From positions 29,370 through 93,369 of the forward strand of contig JAEOTZ010000023.1 of NCBI GenBank assembly GCA_016839585.1: a stretch of 64,000 nt of DNA, given 5' to 3'. The position numbers and the translations under genes were made by a program. The DNA is from Promethearchaeota archaeon. GTDB lineage: Archaea; Asgardarchaeota; Lokiarchaeia; Sigyniarchaeales; SOKP01. Shown in pieces: positions 58,566-64,000 of the stretch (positions within the stretch are counted from its first letter, which is position 1; every line of letters begins with the position of its first letter). Under the pieces are notes generated by a model. It was given only the letters and a program-made list of their open reading frames with translations, ran no database searches and was not told where the DNA came from.

Positions 58566-59057
58566 TCAATCGGAAATAAATTTTACTAGATCTTTAATAA
58601 TTGAATATTTATCTTGTTTAATTTGTTCTCTTTCTAATGTCTCTTCGATTTTTGAGATTTCTTTGGAAAAATCGAATACTGTAAATTTTTTAATTTCTTT
58701 CTCTTTAGAGCTTTCACTTAATTTTTTTAAAAATACACTGATACTTGGCATAAACTTTGCTAAATTTACATTTAAATCTAGTTTTGATATTAAAATTAAT
58801 TCTTCACTAAAAGAAAATAAATAATTATACTTCTGGGCTTCTAGAGCAAATGAATTGATTCGGTTTAACTTTAACTCATTAGCAATTTCTTTAGAACTTG
58901 CAATTAAAGAAATTATTTTTTGTGGAATGACTTTTCCTTTAGCAAATTCTTTAATTAAAGAATTTAACACTATTCCATACTTATTTGCTATAGCACATTC
59001 AGCATTTAAATCAGATTTAAGTTGAGAGATAATTTCCTCGTAATTAATTTGAATCAT
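58566..59057 (-). CDS. Roadblock/LC7-like protein
   Basis: Helix-CAIANKYGIVL-helix-three strands-helix layout; directly upstream of the GTPase fusion. Confidence 0.55.
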   Translation of the reverse strand: MIQINYEEIISQLKSDLNAECAIANKYGIVLNSLIKEFAKGKVIPQKIISLIASSKEIANELKLNRINSFALEAQKYNYLFSFSEELILISKLDLNVNLAKFMPSISVFLKKLSESSKEKEIKKFTVFDFSKEISKIEETLEREQIKQDKYSIIKDLVKFISD

Positions 59058-59167
59058 TATTGAGAGATGTTGTTTCTTAATAAATAATGTAAAATTATTT
59101 ATTTATATTTATTTAAAAATTAAGCTCTATAAAATAAGATTTTAATCAAACTCAATAGCATATTAGA

Positions 59168-59956
59168 TTGAAAATATTTAGATCTCATTTTACGGAAAAA
59201 GAGTCTGATATAACAATTATTTCAGAATCGAAAAATGCGATATTAAGAGCAAAAGAAGCGTTCTATTATCATAGAAATAATTTAGAAAAATTTATATTAG
59301 AAAACAATGATTTTCTTATTTCTTTTTCTCCAGTAACGGTTAAAACTGATTTAAAAATTATTAATTTGATGGCAAATGCAGCTGGTATCTGCAATGTAGG
59401 ACCAATGGCAACAGTGGCAGGAGCTTTTGCAGATCTAATGTTAGAATCTATGAAAGTTAAGGATGAGAATGATTCTATTGCTGTTAAGATCGCACTTGTT
59501 GAAAATGGCGGTGAAATTGCTATTGAATCTGAAAAACCTATGAAAATAGCACTTTATGCCGGATTTAATGAATTAAATTTAAACTTGGGATTTTTAATTA
59601 AAAAGCATGATTGCCCCATAGGAATTGCTACAAGTTCTGCAACAATAGGTCATGCAATTAGTCTTGGTCAAGCAGATGTAGTTACAATCTTTGCAGAAAA
59701 TGCCACTTTAGCAGATGGAGCTGCTACAGCGATCGGAAATGTAGTGAAGGGAAACGATATTGAAGGATCTATAAAGAAAGGCTTAGATGCTGTTAATGAT
59801 GTTGATGGTGTATTTGGTGCCTTTATTTACAGGGAAGGTAAAATTGGGCAAATAGGAAAAATCCCTCAATTAATAAAAATTGAAGGAAATACAACAACAA
59901 TATTGAAAGAAAAAATTGAAGATTATTTTCCAAATGATTTTGAGTTTATTAAATAA
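59168..59956 (+). CDS. UPF0280/ApbE-like protein
   Basis: VGPMATVAGAFAD; VENGGEI; IATSSATIGHAISLG.AD..ADGAATAIGN. Confidence 0.92.
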   Translation: MKIFRSHFTEKESDITIISESKNAILRAKEAFYYHRNNLEKFILENNDFLISFSPVTVKTDLKIINLMANAAGICNVGPMATVAGAFADLMLESMKVKDENDSIAVKIALVENGGEIAIESEKPMKIALYAGFNELNLNLGFLIKKHDCPIGIATSSATIGHAISLGQADVVTIFAENATLADGAATAIGNVVKGNDIEGSIKKGLDAVNDVDGVFGAFIYREGKIGQIGKIPQLIKIEGNTTTILKEKIEDYFPNDFEFIK

Positions 59957-62228
59957 CCCAAAATGTAGGTGTTTCCTCTCCATTCTCAGTCATTGAAGAA
60001 CAAATCTTATTTAAATAATCCAGAGTATAATATCTTTCTTCTTCTTCCTCCGTCAACTGCCCAAACAACTCAAAATCCTTATTAATTATATAAATCCCAT
60101 CAAATATTATATAAACATCCGTGTTATACTCTCTCTTTATTTCTTTTAAAATATTTGTACCATTTTCATTAAAATGGTTATCTGGGGGAAATAAATCAAT
60201 ATCATATTTCAAGAAATAATCTGTTTCATTATAAAGAAGAGCTTCACTTCTATTGTCAAATGGATAATCATAATATTTAAAAATATAACTCCAACCGAAT
60301 TCTGAAATAATTACATTTCTATTAGAAGTATAACGAGAGTACCATCTGATATTAGATACATCTCTTCTCTTTACATTGAAAACTTCAAACGCAATAGATT
60401 CATAAAAATAAGTGGAAAATAATGAAAAGGATACTATAAATAAAATTAATATTTTCAATTTTATGGCTCTTATGGAACCAATCTTAATCAGTTTATAAAT
60501 ATATGACACAAATCCAATCACAATAGCAGGAGGAATTAAATATAAAATTCTCTGCCAAATCATATTGCTTAAAAATAAGATATTAAAAATAAAACCCGCG
60601 GCTAAAAGAACCAAAAGACCTACAGCCCATAAAAACAATGGCTTTCCTTTTGGTTTTTTTTGATATAATAAAAAACCCCAGATTGCAAAAGAACTAATAA
60701 TTAGGATTTCAGCAACATAAAAGATATTTACTATATGAAAATTAAACCAAAAGAGGTTTGCTATTAAAAAAAGAAGAGTAAACGAGATCGTTATGCTAAA
60801 TATTAGTGGAATTATTATTTTATCTTCTATTTTCTTATAATATCTACTTCTTTTCCCTGTTATTATTAATTTGTAACTTCCTTTTGTGAAAATAATTGAT
60901 TTTTGTACCATCCATAAAAAAAATATTCCTACTATTCCTCCCATGATTGCGCCTAAAATAAGTAATTGAATTGGAAAATCAAATGAAATAAAAAACCTAT
61001 AATGACCAGAGCCTATACCAAATAAGTTTAAAATGAAAAATATACCAATTAATCCACATAGAAATATAAAATCAACTCCCCGTCTATAATCTTTTATAAA
61101 ATATAAAAAATATAACCATAAAAAGGAAATTAATAAAACCATAGATGTAACAACATGCGTAAGAACAGCGCTAATAAAAATTAAGATTATTAGAATGTAA
61201 AATAAAAACATATCTTTTAAAATAAGGTTTTTAGAGGGTCGTTCGGGTTGAATAAAATCCTGCAATCTTACATATAGAAGAAAGAAAATTGCTAGGCATT
61301 TGATTAGAGCTGAGCCGGATGGCCAATATTGAAGCATCATATTAGTAAAACCTAATGAAGAAAATTCTAATATAAATACACCAAAAATAGCTAAGTTTTT
61401 ATTTCTGAAGATTCTCATGAGAATATTATAAAATATTAAGGCGGATACAAAAAATGTATAAAAAACAAAATATCTTGGAATTAGCAAATGATTTATTCCC
61501 GAAAAAAAATAAATCACAGCTCCAAATATATTTAAACCCATAGTTCCATGATATCCTTCTAAAGGTAAAAAATTAATGTCAGTTATTATTCTACTATTAA
61601 GAGCATGGAGCCATGGATCTGTCCCTCCAAAATAGCTAACTTTAAAAATGTTTAAGATGCAGACTAAGAATATAAAAAATATTAATAAAAGGGAATTAAC
61701 AGAAATTAGCTTTTTAAAGTAGTTAAATAAAGAAAAATTAATTAAATTTCGATTACTTTGTATTGACGATATCTCACTTCTAAGAAATTTATATGGCCCA
61801 TTTTTAAATTCAGAGTAAAAAATATAAAATATTATCGGAAAGAATAAAATAATTATTGCACAAAAGAAAAAAGTCCCGGTTAAAGGAACTCCAAACCAAT
61901 AACCAATATATCCTATAAAGATATAGAAAACTGAATTAATAATAATAGTCAAACTCAGTTTCTCTAAAAAATTAAAAGATTTTTCTTTAAAAATAATAAA
62001 AAAAATGGGATAAGTAGGTAAGAATAGTATGGTAAAAATTGTACTAAAAGCAATTGCTATTTGATAAATGAAACCCAACAGGAACATATCCGATATTCCA
62101 ATAATTTCATCAATATTAACTAACTTAAGAAGGATAATTACTAAAGATATTAAAGAAAGAATGAAAATAAATAAATTCTTTCTGGATTTGACCTTAAAAA
62201 TTATTTGATTCAATCTAAGCCTATTCAT
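59949..62228 (-). CDS. Polytopic membrane protein, probable GT-C-fold glycosyltransferase-like
   Basis: More than 15 TM segments; GTDPWLH motif in the first large external loop; soluble C-terminal domain. Confidence 0.6.
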   Translation of the reverse strand: MNRLRLNQIIFKVKSRKNLFIFILSLISLVIILLKLVNIDEIIGISDMFLLGFIYQIAIAFSTIFTILFLPTYPIFFIIFKEKSFNFLEKLSLTIIINSVFYIFIGYIGYWFGVPLTGTFFFCAIIILFFPIIFYIFYSEFKNGPYKFLRSEISSIQSNRNLINFSLFNYFKKLISVNSLLLIFFIFLVCILNIFKVSYFGGTDPWLHALNSRIITDINFLPLEGYHGTMGLNIFGAVIYFFSGINHLLIPRYFVFYTFFVSALIFYNILMRIFRNKNLAIFGVFILEFSSLGFTNMMLQYWPSGSALIKCLAIFFLLYVRLQDFIQPERPSKNLILKDMFLFYILIILIFISAVLTHVVTSMVLLISFLWLYFLYFIKDYRRGVDFIFLCGLIGIFFILNLFGIGSGHYRFFISFDFPIQLLILGAIMGGIVGIFFLWMVQKSIIFTKGSYKLIITGKRSRYYKKIEDKIIIPLIFSITISFTLLFLIANLFWFNFHIVNIFYVAEILIISSFAIWGFLLYQKKPKGKPLFLWAVGLLVLLAAGFIFNILFLSNMIWQRILYLIPPAIVIGFVSYIYKLIKIGSIRAIKLKILILFIVSFSLFSTYFYESIAFEVFNVKRRDVSNIRWYSRYTSNRNVIISEFGWSYIFKYYDYPFDNRSEALLYNETDYFLKYDIDLFPPDNHFNENGTNILKEIKREYNTDVYIIFDGIYIINKDFELFGQLTEEEEERYYTLDYLNKICSSMTENGEETPTFWVI

Positions 62229-62242
62229 ATTTCTTAGTTAAT

Positions 62243-63214
62243 TTAATTAATTTTTAAATTAACGTTATACTTTTTACAATACCATATAAAATAATCTCTT
62301 AAACCTTGTTCCTGATCATATTCCGGTTGAAATCCAATTATTTTTTTAGCTTTAGAAATATCAGCGTAACTGTGTAAAATATCACCTGGTCTAGGATCAG
62401 TATAAATTAGTTTTAAATTCTTTTTATCTGTAAGGTTTAGAATTAATTTTGCAAGATCATTCAAAGTTATTGGAGAACCGGCGCCCACATTTAAAATCTC
62501 TCCTGAAACATCATATTCAGCAGCCATTAAATTTGCTTGGACCACATCTTTAATATATGTAAAATCTCTTGATTGTTCGCCATCACCAAATATTATCAAA
62601 TCTTCATTATTAATGATTCTTCCCAACCAAATTGCAATAACACCACTATATGGAGAATCCTTTTGCCTTGGACCAAAAACGTTGAAATATCTTAATGATA
62701 ATGTCTTTAATCCATAAACCTGGTGGAATGCCTGCATATATGCCTCACATGCTAATTTTGATACTCCATAGGGAGAGATTGGTAATCTTGGCATATCTTC
62801 TTTTTTTGGTAAGGTAGGTGTATCACCGTATACAGAAGAACTTGAAGCAAATATAATTTTTTCTACATCTTTTTTTCTAGCAGCATTTAATAAATTTAAA
62901 GTGCCATTTACATTGACATCATTGCAAGATTCTGGCATTTTTACTGATTGAGGGACACTAGTGAATGCTGCTTCATGAAATACAATATCAATATCTTTTA
63001 AAATATCTAATAAAAAGTTTATATCTCTTATATCTCCCTTATGAAATTGAAAGTTTTTATTTTTCAAAGCTTCTTCTAAGTTTTCAATCCTACCGTTAAA
63101 TAGATTATCTAAACCAATTACTTCTGCTCCAATTTCTAATAATTTATCTGTTAAATTACTTCCTATAAAACCAGCGGCTCCAGTAACTAAGACATTTTTA
63201 TCTTTAAGTTTCAT
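62243..63214 (-). CDS. NAD-dependent nucleotide-sugar epimerase/dehydratase (SDR)
   Basis: VTGAAGFIGS; ASSSSVYG; SPYGVSK; LRYFNVFGPRQ; GDGEQSRDF. Confidence 0.95.
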   Translation of the reverse strand: MKLKDKNVLVTGAAGFIGSNLTDKLLEIGAEVIGLDNLFNGRIENLEEALKNKNFQFHKGDIRDINFLLDILKDIDIVFHEAAFTSVPQSVKMPESCNDVNVNGTLNLLNAARKKDVEKIIFASSSSVYGDTPTLPKKEDMPRLPISPYGVSKLACEAYMQAFHQVYGLKTLSLRYFNVFGPRQKDSPYSGVIAIWLGRIINNEDLIIFGDGEQSRDFTYIKDVVQANLMAAEYDVSGEILNVGAGSPITLNDLAKLILNLTDKKNLKLIYTDPRPGDILHSYADISKAKKIIGFQPEYDQEQGLRDYFIWYCKKYNVNLKIN

Positions 63215-63359
63215 TGGTATTTCAACAATAAAATTAAATTATTTACTTTTTATTAAAAAAATCTTATTTTTTTATTAAATTATATTTTATCATAAAAAAT
63301 TTCATATCATATAAAAATGTTCATAAAAAATATATTTTTATTGATAATTATTAAGTTCC

Positions 63360-63833
63360 TTAATCCAAATCATTTAAATATCTCATAAATCCTTCTTTAT
63401 ATTCTTTTGGACTCTTACTTGGTCTTTTTAATTCTGATCTTGAATGAATTTTAATTTTTATTAATATTAAAAATGGGCCTTCTCGATTTTTAATTTTATC
63501 AATCAATTTTAATAAATCTTCGATGTTTTCAACTATAACACCCCATTTATAATTTGATGCTAAAGCAATATTTACAAAGTCAACATTAGATGAATTAGTT
63601 GGTTGACCACCAGTAGATTCATGAGCTTCATTATCTATAATAATATGAACAAAGTTAGAAGGTGAATATTTTCCTATTGTTGTAAAAGCCCCCATTTGCA
63701 TAATAGCTGCGCCATCTCCATCAATTACTATCACTCTTTGTTTTGGTTTGTGTAGCGCGATACTTAATCCTATCGAGCTGGCACACCCCATAGAACCAAT
63801 ATTATAAAAATTTTTATGATGATCTTGACCAGA
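63360..63833 (-). CDS. TPP-binding C-terminal part of phosphonopyruvate (or sulfopyruvate) decarboxylase, 5'-truncated
   Basis: SGQDHHKNFYNIGSMGCASSIGLSIAL..IDGDGAAIM..DNEAHESTGGQPT; upstream frame runs into foreign-looking sequence and a TGA. Confidence 0.8.
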   Translation of the reverse strand, partial: SGQDHHKNFYNIGSMGCASSIGLSIALHKPKQRVIVIDGDGAAIMQMGAFTTIGKYSPSNFVHIIIDNEAHESTGGQPTNSSNVDFVNIALASNYKWGVIVENIEDLLKLIDKIKNREGPFLILIKIKIHSRSELKRPSKSPKEYKEGFMRYLNDLD

Positions 63834-64000
63834 TCGGCAATCCCGAAACCTGCACCGAGGCTTTTTATTTCATCCCGGGTTTTAACGGTACACCTGGCCA
63901 GATGAGGTTCGGCCTGCCTAGCCTGATTAAAAAATTCGGCAACAACATATTTATGAAAAGCCTTTACCTGGAAGAATTCTCCAGTAGGCGTCCAACCTGG
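63815..64000 (+). other. GC-richer foreign coding fragment (probable chimeric junction or insertion)
   Basis: Abrupt GC rise; open plus frame YDDLDQIGNPETCTEAFYFIPGFNGTPGQMRFGLPSLIKKFGNNIFMKSLYLEEFSSRRPTW with C/G-ending codons. Confidence 0.65.

Noticed and set aside
580-58824. Short antisense/overlapping track ORFs (e.g. 580-807, 2662-3022, 5090-5311, 15680-15895, 17124-17321, 20550-20744, 22768-23106, 24356-24565, 25091-25357, 26624-26845, 30036-30224, 33760-34308, 35138-35329, 35864-36067, 38716-38928, 44749-45009, 46116-51545, 55222-55497, 58561-58824)
   Set aside because: They overlap well-supported genes on the opposite strand or frame and show no recognisable motifs

Overview
AT-rich archaeal chromosomal DNA. 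Gene content points to an Asgard archaeon, probably Lokiarchaeia: Rab-like and longin-fused small GTPases, ubiquitin E1 and E2, a CD36-family receptor, a GIFT-domain protein, a Loki-CTERM tail, S30e, and GGTGA Shine-Dalgarno sites. The strongest finding is a ubiquitin E2 gene (39151-38610, minus strand) interrupted by a 32-nt insert that folds as a relaxed bulge-helix-bulge (BHB) tRNA-type intron. Cutting at the canonical bulge positions restores the conserved FPENYPFQPP motif in frame, so this is a candidate protein-coding intron in the Asgard ubiquitin system. The window also has a tRNA-Trp(CCA) with three introns and an intron-containing tRNA-Tyr(GTA) with an atypical T-loop. Other notable items: a candidate structured ~175-nt ncRNA just upstream of an Sm/LSm gene; several genes that appear to need ATT or other non-canonical starts; a CD36 protein plus a second membrane protein built from its insertion repeat; an 18-repeat 2121-aa MIT-like/charged-helix protein; a GIY-YIG-like fusion; several gene stubs; and a probable chimeric junction in the last ~170 bp. 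All calls come from reading motifs by eye. No database search was run.
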